Virus record (IMG/VR): IMGVR_UViG_3300034073_003276
Strand: one strand, 5' to 3'
Source of the DNA: a virus
Taxonomy: Duplodnaviria; Caudoviricetes
DNA: 64,000 nt
In this document: positions 28,101 through 37,400 of the stretch, one piece after another
Numbering within the stretch: position 1 is the first letter of the stretch
Layout: each line of letters opens with the position of its first letter
Translations under genes and position numbers: made by a program
Notes under the pieces: model-generated
Databases searched by the model: none
Told to the model about the DNA's origin: nothing
Seen by the model: the letters and a program-made list of their open reading frames with translations, nothing else

Positions 28101-28409
28101 TCAATCACTCCACGATAGTCTTTCTGGTCTGTATCTTTGTGCGTTTTTAACTGTTACTGAATTTGATGCCATTGGGTATACATTATGCACAATTGCTCCA
28201 GGATATTCTCCCTGAAGTTGCTCTGCAAGAGCATTCTTATCCATAATATTACCTTCGACTTCAAGGCGATATAATTTACCTTCCCAAACAACATCTGCAA
28301 AAAATGATTCAGTTGCTTGCTCTGGTTGAGAAGAACCTACATTTAAGGTTCCATTGAAGTCACCGTTGATAGTGATACTTTCTGAAATAAATTGCTTAAA
28401 ACTTTTCAT
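28101..28409 (-). CDS. protein with CTS-like N-terminus MKSFKQFISE (candidate internal head protein)
   Basis: Resembles T4 IP CTS; the ORF track starts 12 nt earlier at 28421. Confidence 0.65.
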   Translation of the reverse strand: MKSFKQFISESITINGDFNGTLNVGSSQPEQATESFFADVVWEGKLYRLEVEGNIMDKNALAEQLQGEYPGAIVHNVYPMASNSVTVKNAQRYRPERLSWSD

Positions 28410-28414
28410 TTTCT

Positions 28415-29779
28415 TTACCACTTAACTTTGTTTGCCCAATATGCAGCAGACATTTTACCTTTTGCAATGTTCTTTGCATGTCTGGTTTTAAATCTATGAC
28501 GACGACTTGCATATGCTTTAGATTCCCCTTTCTTTTTAGGAGAACCTTTTACACCAAGTTGTCCGAAACGAATAATTTTTTCTTTTCCACCTTCGCAAGC
28601 TTTTACAATATGAGACTTTCCAGTCTCACCAGATCCGTGTGCTTGTGCTTTAGGTTTATTGCACTTCATTTTAGATTTGTCAACCGCTTCAATCATAAAC
28701 TCTGAGAATGTTTTTTGTTCTGCCCTCATCTCTCCACTATCAACATAATCGGCAGCAGAATCTAAGTAATCTGATGCTTTGGTAATCTTTGATTGAACCC
28801 ACGCCTCAACATTACCTTCACCCTTCATTTTCTTACGAAGTCTCTTCGCTGCAGAAACAATGGTAGAAAGTTGAGACCTCACCATTGAGTGCTCGTGATC
28901 GTAAGACTCTGGGAAATTGCCGGGATGAACTGTTGCAATATTATACTTCTTCTGATTTGGTGCTAGTGGTTCTGGAATAGAAAACATATCCCAATATTTG
29001 GGACCATATCTACATTCATCCCTAGTTTCAGACTTTTCACACTTAGGGCAATATCTTTTCATTTCCATTTCCTCCTTTACTTTTACACAATTATTGTATG
29101 TTTTACCAAACATCTTTTTATTTCCTTTCTTCTCATAACCAGGCCAACACTTCTTTGCTTCATCAACCATAGTTTCTTCGGACTTTGTGCCCCAATTATC
29201 AGCGCCAACTTTACGACACTTTACAAGTGCTCCAGAGGCATATGCACTTGGCCAGACATCATATCTAGATTTTACTTTATGGTAGCAAGCATCTTTTTTA
29301 CCACTACCTTTACCCTTGATGTCTCTTTGTGCTTCGTTAATTTGCATTTCTTCTTTGAGTCCTGGTTCTGGTTTAATGTAATTTGGATCTTTTTTACCTT
29401 TAGAAAAAGTTTTTACCAAAGTTGGTTTTGCTCCGCCACTTTTTGCCTGCTGACCTGGGTCTTTTTCACGCTTACGACGAACTGCCGCTTTGATAATTGC
29501 CTCTCCTTTTTTACCCTTTCTCTTAAGTGAAGCAAGTCTTGCACTACTAAAACATTTTGGCGTTTTAGTTTCTCCAGGTTCGTTGGCACAAGGTGATCCA
29601 TCTGCTTGCACCCATCCAGGTTTACCTTCTTTAGATTTAGAACCTTTAAACCAATGGTGTAAAGATCCACCCCTTTCCTCATTCATTTTTTTCTTGCGCC
29701 CCTGACAATGAGCTCTTTGAGAAAATCCTTTTGGATTGTCGCAATCAATAGATTTTTTATATTTGTCCGACCAACCCAT
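28415..29779 (-). CDS. modular Lys/Cys-rich protein, 454 aa (candidate processed internal polyprotein)
   Basis: About seven short basic modules separated by phi-x-E linkers; internal QKTFSEFMIE; late-type CTAAATA at 29804-29810. Confidence 0.75.
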   Translation of the reverse strand: MGWSDKYKKSIDCDNPKGFSQRAHCQGRKKKMNEERGGSLHHWFKGSKSKEGKPGWVQADGSPCANEPGETKTPKCFSSARLASLKRKGKKGEAIIKAAVRRKREKDPGQQAKSGGAKPTLVKTFSKGKKDPNYIKPEPGLKEEMQINEAQRDIKGKGSGKKDACYHKVKSRYDVWPSAYASGALVKCRKVGADNWGTKSEETMVDEAKKCWPGYEKKGNKKMFGKTYNNCVKVKEEMEMKRYCPKCEKSETRDECRYGPKYWDMFSIPEPLAPNQKKYNIATVHPGNFPESYDHEHSMVRSQLSTIVSAAKRLRKKMKGEGNVEAWVQSKITKASDYLDSAADYVDSGEMRAEQKTFSEFMIEAVDKSKMKCNKPKAQAHGSGETGKSHIVKACEGGKEKIIRFGQLGVKGSPKKKGESKAYASRRHRFKTRHAKNIAKGKMSAAYWANKVKW

Positions 29780-29792
29780 TAGAATAGTAAAA

Positions 29793-30215
29793 TTACTCTT
29801 TATTATTTAGAAAACCTTGCTTGAGTAATTTAGATAATTCTGTAGTAGACCCCACAAAAACCGCATTGTTAGTTACATTGTTAGTTGTTTTAACCGTCTC
29901 ATCTTCAACATCCTTCAATTTCTTCTGTAGATCAATGAGTTTATCTGTCACATCACCAACACTTTTAATCAGTTGTCCTGCAACTTCATATGCTCTGGGA
30001 CTTCCACCTTCTCCAGCAAGCTCCATTATTCCATTGATTGCCTCTTGACCCTTCTCAATCAATGAATATAAGTTTGCTCTTGTGTATTCATAGTCCTTCT
30101 GAATATCCTCATTTTTTAAAGGTTGAATATTTAAATATTCTTTTGATTTTTCCACCTCAACAATATCACTTTCAATATTGAGAGCAGAATCTAAACCGTC
30201 ATAATTATTTGTCAT
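29793..30215 (-). CDS. g16: terminase small subunit gp16
   Basis: DYEYTRANLYSLIEKGQEAI......PRAYEVAGQLIK.V.D..DKL.DLQ...NNAVFVGSTTEL; follows g15. Confidence 0.93.
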   Translation of the reverse strand: MTNNYDGLDSALNIESDIVEVEKSKEYLNIQPLKNEDIQKDYEYTRANLYSLIEKGQEAINGIMELAGEGGSPRAYEVAGQLIKSVGDVTDKLIDLQKKLKDVEDETVKTTNNVTNNAVFVGSTTELSKLLKQGFLNNKE

Positions 30216-30221
30216 AATTTA

Positions 30222-31019
30222 TCAAATATCTTTTTGTTGAGTTGGACTGTATGATCTGGAGTCGTCAAAAGATTCCCAAACCTCACTAAATCCAAAGTCA
30301 TCATCTGGAGCAGCATCAATAGGATCGGGAGTCACTGTATATCTCATTTCTCTCTTTGCGGTCGTAGTGTCTGTTGAATTGTAATAATCAACTTGAACCT
30401 TACGAATAAGACCGTCTGTAGAATCTGCAATTGGACCAAACAGATAAGTTTTTGCCGTAAAGTTTAAAGTATAAATTAAAACTCTCCTTGTAGAATAATC
30501 TCCTTCATAGTCATCTGTAAAGGAAACATTGTCCAACACAATAGGAATATCTCTTTTTTCCCCTATAGAATCTATTAAGTCAACTGTTAGATTGAATGAT
30601 GGTTGAAAATATGGAAGTATTTGTTCTACTATCTGTAAAGAATCATCCTGCAACTTTGTCATTATACTCAATTGGAATCCAATATTATATGGAACAGGCA
30701 TGAAAACTTTTTTCAAATTTCCACCTTCAGATGCTTTAAAAGTTTGAGTAATATTTGCTTTTCTAGTAGAATCATATTGAATCGATGTCATCTCAAATGA
30801 CATTCTAGGCAAAGTAATCGCTATTGGTTTATTTAATTCTGGTTGTTGTTCGAGGCGAGCAAGAAACTTTTGAATTGGACCATATGCCAAAGGCACCTTT
30901 ATTTCACTTATACTATCGTTTGAAGAATTTTTATGCCTGATATAAATTTCATTAAAAACTGTGCCAAAAGCAATGACAGTTTTTCTAATAATTTCGTGAT
31001 AGTAGTAAGTTCCTAACAT
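30222..31019 (-). CDS. g15: tail sheath stabilizer / completion protein gp15
   Basis: YYYHEIIRK.V.AFGT.FN, KVPLAYGP.QKF, LPRMSFE, PVPYN, QIVEQILPYFQP. Confidence 0.96.
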   Translation of the reverse strand: MLGTYYYHEIIRKTVIAFGTVFNEIYIRHKNSSNDSISEIKVPLAYGPIQKFLARLEQQPELNKPIAITLPRMSFEMTSIQYDSTRKANITQTFKASEGGNLKKVFMPVPYNIGFQLSIMTKLQDDSLQIVEQILPYFQPSFNLTVDLIDSIGEKRDIPIVLDNVSFTDDYEGDYSTRRVLIYTLNFTAKTYLFGPIADSTDGLIRKVQVDYYNSTDTTTAKREMRYTVTPDPIDAAPDDDFGFSEVWESFDDSRSYSPTQQKDI

Positions 31020-32413
31020 TAAAATACTCCAAATGGATTTGATTCTGAAAAATCTATAATATTGTCTGCTTCTGTTTCAATTTGTACATTTTCACTATAT
31101 TTATCATATTCATTCCAATTATTGTAATTACTAACTGCATATGTGGCACTAGATGCAGATCCAACAATAATTTCTCCAGGATAAAATCCTTTACTAGAAA
31201 CATCATCTACATAAGATATCTTAAGAATGTTAGTGTCTTTATCCCATGATTTAACTCTTGCTTGTGTACCTGAAATAGATCCAGTAACAATTTCATTAAA
31301 TTTATAAGTACCTATACCAGTTAAAATTGAAGGTTGTGAAATTAATACTGTCGGTGCTTCCGTGTATCCAACACCAGGATTAATAATTCGAATAGAATTA
31401 ATAGAATTACCAGTTCCAACAATTGCTTTTGCAACTGCACTAGTTCCTACCCCAACATTTCCAACAATAGATACAGTTGGAATAGTTTTATAACCTTGTC
31501 CACTGTCTGTAACAGTAAAGGATGTAATTCCACTGTAAGTGGTTTCAATACTGCAAGTTGCAGACGCTCCTACACCCCCACCTCCAGATATAGTTATTGT
31601 AGGTGCAACAGTGTAACCTGCTCCAGAATTGACAAGTTCTATTGCTAATACAGATTTTGCATCAGATTTTGTAGTTGTAATTGCAACTGCCTGAGCACTG
31701 ATACCTCCAGATGGTGCAGTTGAAATTGAAACTATTGGCGCGGATGTATATCCATAACCATCATTATTTAAATAAATTCTATCAATATATCCAGAATTTA
31801 TACTGACTGTCGCGGTAGCTGTAGAACCTATAGAAATAAGATTTAATGTTGTAATATATCCTTCTTCTTGAACTTGCTCATCAATTTCATCAATTGTGGT
31901 ATCAATAACTTCATCTTCATATTCAAATAATTCACACTTGAGTTCATAAACATAAAGTTTCCCTAATTGATAAAATGGTTGCTCATGTTCAACAAACTTT
32001 ACTTCAAATAGTCTTTGCCCTAAAGGAAAATATACAATATCACCTTCTCTTGGACGGGTAGACAACTCCAGCTCACCATTTAGTTCAGATTCAAGCATAA
32101 ATGGTGATATAAAATCTTCAAATCTTTCTTTTGAAATAATTAAACTTAATTCATCTTTTAAATTCATTCCAAATTTTGAAAGAATATCACCTTGACCAGA
32201 GTATCCATCATAATTATTTAAATATGCCTCAATTGAAAAGTTGTCATCAAATAGAGAAGATTGTATTTCTTTAATAATCGTTTGTTTTCTTACAAATTTT
32301 CTAGGAATATAGATAACTTCAACGCCATATATTTTTAATTGCTCATTAATTAATTGTTGAATGAGACTTTGTTCGTTAGGTGATCCTTGTAAGAAAAATG
32401 GATTAAGTGCCAT
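31019..32413 (-). CDS. g14: neck protein gp14 with inserted GxGY..AP repeat domains
   Basis: MALNPFF, EQ.LIQ.LINEQLKIYG, PREGD.VYFP, FEVKFVEHEQPFYQLGK, DFSESNPFG. Confidence 0.95.
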   Translation of the reverse strand: MALNPFFLQGSPNEQSLIQQLINEQLKIYGVEVIYIPRKFVRKQTIIKEIQSSLFDDNFSIEAYLNNYDGYSGQGDILSKFGMNLKDELSLIISKERFEDFISPFMLESELNGELELSTRPREGDIVYFPLGQRLFEVKFVEHEQPFYQLGKLYVYELKCELFEYEDEVIDTTIDEIDEQVQEEGYITTLNLISIGSTATATVSINSGYIDRIYLNNDGYGYTSAPIVSISTAPSGGISAQAVAITTTKSDAKSVLAIELVNSGAGYTVAPTITISGGGGVGASATCSIETTYSGITSFTVTDSGQGYKTIPTVSIVGNVGVGTSAVAKAIVGTGNSINSIRIINPGVGYTEAPTVLISQPSILTGIGTYKFNEIVTGSISGTQARVKSWDKDTNILKISYVDDVSSKGFYPGEIIVGSASSATYAVSNYNNWNEYDKYSENVQIETEADNIIDFSESNPFGVF

Positions 32414-32417
32414 ATGA

Positions 32418-33260
32418 TCATCCTATAAAATCGTAAGGTGGAAGTTCATAATCCATAGACATTCTTTGTTTTATTTCTGCAATCTCCTTCTCAGCATCTT
32501 CATAAAGTTCTCTTCCATTTAATTCTATTCCACCGGGAAGTCTAACACCTCTAAATTTAATTAAATTCTGTCCCCATTGACGCTTCATCAATGCCGTTAA
32601 ATATTTCTTTAAAAAACTATCATTATAAACTTTTGTAAAATCATTTGGATCTAAAATTCTGTAGCAATCAATTACAATAAATGTATCCTTTGACTGTGCT
32701 CCCCAATCAATATCTAAGTATAATCTATTTTGTCTTTTATTAAATCTTATTTGTTTATCTGTTGTCAAAAGAAAATCAATATCTTCAAGGTAAGTTTTTA
32801 CCATAGCATATTGCAAAAGTTCAACAGAATTAAAATAGTATAAATCATTCAAAAATAATTGATATTTAATACTAAACATTCCGCCAGATATAGAACTTGT
32901 ATCAAATTTAAATATTTTTTCAATTCCAATAACACTATCAGGAACTTGTACGAAATTTGAATTTTCATAAAAGTTAAATGATGTTGTACCTATTCCAGAA
33001 ATTGTTGATGTGCCTGTTGTAGTTACAATTCCAACACCATTAGTTCCTTTTGCAGATCCTCTGCTTATATCTTCTTCAGTAATCTTATATTTTAAATACA
33101 TTCGTTCGACACCATCAAAGTGTCTTTCTTGAAAATACTGTAGAGCATCATCTACCAAATCATCTATTTGTTCATCTGCTAAATTAATTTCTAATATAGG
33201 AGCACCTAATCTTCTTAAACAATAATCTATTAATTCTTGTCTTGTTGTCGGTTTTGCCAT
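32418..33260 (-). CDS. g13: neck protein gp13
   Basis: P.TRQELIDYCLRRLGAP..EIN, QYFQERHFDG, KRQWGQNL.KF.GV.LPGG..LNG. Confidence 0.96.
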   Translation of the reverse strand: MAKPTTRQELIDYCLRRLGAPILEINLADEQIDDLVDDALQYFQERHFDGVERMYLKYKITEEDISRGSAKGTNGVGIVTTTGTSTISGIGTTSFNFYENSNFVQVPDSVIGIEKIFKFDTSSISGGMFSIKYQLFLNDLYYFNSVELLQYAMVKTYLEDIDFLLTTDKQIRFNKRQNRLYLDIDWGAQSKDTFIVIDCYRILDPNDFTKVYNDSFLKKYLTALMKRQWGQNLIKFRGVRLPGGIELNGRELYEDAEKEIAEIKQRMSMDYELPPYDFIG

Positions 33261-33709
33261 TAGTAAGATCCTCCATCTATAACACTGGACCAGATTGGAA
33301 CTCCAGAATCGTCTGTTGTAAGAACATAGTTACTTTCTGTTATCGCATAACTTGTTGTTCCTGTAGATGCTAATCGGTCATTTGGATCAAAATATGCAAT
33401 ACCATATGGTTCACCTGGAGGATAATAGAAAGACTGCCCTACGGTAAGAATACCTGAAATATTTCCATTTCTTGCAGTAAATTCGTCAAAATTTAAGTCA
33501 TCGCCAATATATAAATCACCATCAATGTAAACATCATTATTAAAAGTTGCAACTCCAACAAATGTTGATACGCCACTTACATTTAATTGAGTTACTGAAG
33601 CAATTCCGCCAATTACATTTTCTGCTATTGCCGCAACAGTAGATCCAGAAATACTAGAGACAACTTTTACTGCATTTTGTTGTCCTACTCTAACTCTTAT
33701 ATCGGGCAT
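33260..33709 (-). CDS. hypothetical virion-associated protein, 149 aa
   Basis: Coupled ORF; GVSTFVGVATF and C-terminal IDGGSY, typical of fiber-like proteins. Confidence 0.7.
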   Translation of the reverse strand: MPDIRVRVGQQNAVKVVSSISGSTVAAIAENVIGGIASVTQLNVSGVSTFVGVATFNNDVYIDGDLYIGDDLNFDEFTARNGNISGILTVGQSFYYPPGEPYGIAYFDPNDRLASTGTTSYAITESNYVLTTDDSGVPIWSSVIDGGSY

Positions 33710-34050
33710 TATCTAGTTACTCCTTCTCGCACTAATGCCATACCCTCGATAACTTTACTTTTTTGTCCTCCAGTATCTGTAATAACTACATCATATACAT
33801 ATCTTCCAGGTTTTAATAAAGACGTTTGCTCATTTGTGAGAGAAATATTTATTTTCCCTTCAAGAGGAATTTCTATGGCAGCATCAAAATTGATTGCCGT
33901 AGAACTTCCTGCCCATTTTCGCAATTGAGAAGAAACCGCATATAAGGACAAATCATAAAACGAATTGGTGGTAGGATCTTCCAATGTGAATGTTTGACTA
34001 AAATCTGACCCAGAATTAATGACTAAATTGTTTACATATACTGATGCCAT
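33709..34050 (-). CDS. hypothetical baseplate/fiber-adapter-like protein, 113 aa
   Basis: NLVINSGSDFSQTF...GKINISLT..QT..LKPGRYVYDVVI...IEG...V. Confidence 0.7.
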   Translation of the reverse strand: MASVYVNNLVINSGSDFSQTFTLEDPTTNSFYDLSLYAVSSQLRKWAGSSTAINFDAAIEIPLEGKINISLTNEQTSLLKPGRYVYDVVITDTGGQKSKVIEGMALVREGVTR

Positions 34051-34073
34051 GTAATTAGTCTACCTCTACAATT

Positions 34074-34081
34074 TATTTATA
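34074..34081 (-). promoter_or_regulatory. T4-type late promoter TATAAATA
   Basis: Exact consensus upstream of the 113-aa gene and neck operon. Confidence 0.78.
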
Positions 34082-34249
34082 CTATAGATTCATAGTAGAA
34101 ATTACTTCTTGTTGTTGCAAATATAGTTTACAATATAGTTTTGCAAAATTTTTTAGTTGCTCTTCATCCAATTCATCAATTATTCGAGCATGTTTTTCAT
34201 ACTCAAATAGTTTATTTATTGAATTTAGAGTGATTTCACTTGGATCCAT
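34082..34249 (-). CDS. 55-aa protein, candidate NblA-like (phycobilisome degradation adaptor); not in the ORF track
   Basis: Manual translation MDPSEITLNSINKLFEYEKHARIIDELDEEQLKNFAKLYCKLYLQQQEVISTMNL; upstream GGAG; fills the intergenic gap. The CDS is well supported, the function is tentative. Confidence 0.55.
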   Translation of the reverse strand: MDPSEITLNSINKLFEYEKHARIIDELDEEQLKNFAKLYCKLYLQQQEVISTMNL

Positions 34250-34439
34250 TTAAAAACTCCTTTAGTAAAGATTTAATCTCCTCAATATCCTTTTTCATTT
34301 CATCCAACTCTCTTTTTTGAGACTTTCTATTGTTAAGACTATTAACATACTGATTATAAGATGTATTGTCGCAATTGACAATTGCCCCAGATTCTTCATC
34401 CCTATACAAGTTTGGGTGACCTTTTACTGGTATCATCAT
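34236..34439 (-). CDS. small hypothetical protein, 67 aa
   Basis: IPVKGHPNLYRD..SGAIVN...; C-terminal coiled coil; coupled to the upstream gene. Confidence 0.75.
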   Translation of the reverse strand: MMIPVKGHPNLYRDEESGAIVNCDNTSYNQYVNSLNNRKSQKRELDEMKKDIEEIKSLLKEFLNGSK

Positions 34440-37400
34440 CTGATTGCAATGCTCCTTAAATCTTTAAATCTTGGAGGATATGCTTGATTAGTTGAAGACA
34501 TAACTATTTTAATTATATATCCAGTAAATTCGCCAAGATTATTAGCAGAAAACTCATATTCTAAGAATTCATTCTCCCTACTACTTCTTACAAGAGTATC
34601 TGGCAGTCCACTATTATTTGCTGGATTTACTACATCCAGATATCCATCATTATTGTTATCTACGGTTAGATTATCATATCCTGGGAATAATTCGAATGCT
34701 TGAGCAATTTCACTAGAATCAGGTCTAATTAGACTATAAAGAACTCTAAAGTCAGCAGAAGAATGTCTATAAGCAGATAGTATAACTTTTAGGGAAGTTG
34801 CAGACTGTGATAGTCTAACTGTATTGGAAACATAAACAGAAGAATGTGGGTCTTCGATGAATGAATTAACTCTATTGTCTGTAGAGTAATTTGATATAGG
34901 TGAATTAATTCTATTACTATGGAAATCTGTAAAAGAGTTATCTAAGAATATTTGTGGTGAAAGGTACTTATTAGTTGTTTGTAAAGTAATTGCTGTAGTG
35001 AAAGATTTATTTCTGGGAAGTGCAGTTAAGTATGTATCCTCATTGACTTTCGAGCAAACAATTCTTGTCGAAGACAATTGATTTAAAGAATTAAGTTGTA
35101 TATCCTCATAACCTAAGTCATTGAATGATACCTCACTTCCAGAAATACTTGTTCCACTTACACTTCTAATCTTTGCAGATACAGAAGTTGCATCAGTTGG
35201 AGATATAATTCTGTAAAATGGAATAATGGAGTCATACTGAATATTTTCTGTAGCAAACACATTATTTCCACCAGAATTTAATTCAGTTTCAAATGAGAGT
35301 TGAGGATATCCTGTAGGAGTGTTATCTGCGCTCCTATCTTCACCATTAGAAGTCCTATCAATTTCAATATAGTAACTATCAATATCTAAACCAACATCAC
35401 TAATGTCATGAGTTGTATTAATTCTTCTTAAAGAGACTCCATTAAATTCATACTTATAGACTTGTGCATTAGTGTCGTGAGGAACTGCAATTGTTGATGA
35501 TTGTGCTCTTGTTATTGTTTCTAATGTACCAGTTCCAACATCTTCATACTTAATAATCTCATTTTCAATAATTACATATCCAGGATTACCTCCACCAACT
35601 CCTTTACCCTCAAAGGTCCCAAAGTTTTCAGTACTTGCAACAGAAATAGATGTAGAAGATGCTGTTATAGGCTGGGATAATGTAGTTGGGACAACATTTG
35701 GTAAAACACCAGATATTGAAACTTTATTATTCTCCGCATACATTCCATGATTAAAGTGATTTACCTTAAGGAAGTTTCCAGCATATAAAGATCCTGTAGG
35801 AGTTGAACTTCTAATATAGGTGGAACCCATAGTCACTGAATTATTAGAATCATCATAATAGACTAAGTTTGCAGTTCCATCTATAGTGAAAGAGTTACCC
35901 TGGACATTACTCAGATATAAAGTATCAATTCCGTCATTATTTCCAGTGATTGTTATCGTTGCATTTCTTCCACTATTACTTGAAACTGAGGAAGTTACAA
36001 TACCAACAACGTCTCCAATTGCATATCCTGTGCCAGGATTTACTACAGTAGCAACACCAATCACACCACCTGAAGCAGTAATATCTAAAGTAAGACCAGA
36101 TCCGTTGCCAATAATATTGAATGTAGATACATCAGAATCGGTAACATAATTAGATCCACCAGTGGTTACCCCAACAGAAGACACTGAGCATCCTGTGCCA
36201 ACAATATATCCATAATTATAAGTCTTCACACTTTCACTTACTTTTCTTCCAGTGGTTAAAATTCCAATAGCGTTTGCATCGGTAGTTGTTGTAATACCGA
36301 CACTTAGCAATCTAGGAAGTGCTGTTAATGGATTACTTTGAAGATTTTTAATATAACCATTACTCTCATCTAACGTTGGATTATAGAAGTATGCTGTAGA
36401 AGGAGTATTTGTTACAAAGTTTGCACGATATAGTGTAAACTTCATATCTTGATATTGATTTGCTGTCCATATAGATCCATTTTGGGATTTAAATAGACTG
36501 CCTAGAGCAAATTGTTGACTGTAGACAACAGCATTAGCATCAGGTAGATTTGCAGACTGAATAGTCTTTTTGCCCATTTCTGCAATGAAAACCTCATACT
36601 CTACGCTTTCTGGAGCAAGGAGGACAATTGCATATTCTAGTCCAGGAGCAAGATAAATTGGATAATCAAATGTAACTTTAGTTACTGCAGATGCATCATC
36701 TGAAATATTAATTTGATTTGGTCGTAATGTAACTGGATTTCCAATAACTGTTCTTGTTGGAGTACCAAGTTCTACAGTTCTTACTTGAACTGTTAGAGGA
36801 TTATTATTAGTGTCCTTTTTATAGAAGAATAAATCTACACTTGTTAAATAAGCACCATTCTCCTCGTCATTTGCAGTTTCACTTCCACCAACACTAAACG
36901 ACTGTGCTAAAGGATCATAAAATTCAGTCGTAACATTTGCTATAGTTGTAGTTGTTGTCCTAGTTGTAGTTACTGTAGTAGTATTTGTAATGGTGGTTTC
37001 ATATAACTCTAAAGTTCCTTCAGAAACATAGTTTGATGTAGCACTAGAAATGGAAGTGCTTCCAGGTGCTGCAGTTTCGTTTGTAGGACTTGATGTGACT
37101 TTATAAGTTTTATTTCCCGTATTAATTCTAACGTCAGGTGCAGGTGAAGTATTTGGATTTCTGATAAAGAAAGATCCTATTAAATCGCCAAAGTTATCAG
37201 ATACTAGTCTGAGATCTTTTACATATGCTATGGCACCACTTGTTTGTCCAACAAGTTTTGCACCTTTAACTAAATATCCAGAATATAAACCCTGTGCTTC
37301 TTCTGATAATGAATAAGTATCTACATTCAATACTTTTGAAGAAGCACTATATGCGGTTGGTAGAGACTCTGTTTTAATATAAGGATTTATATTAAAAGAT

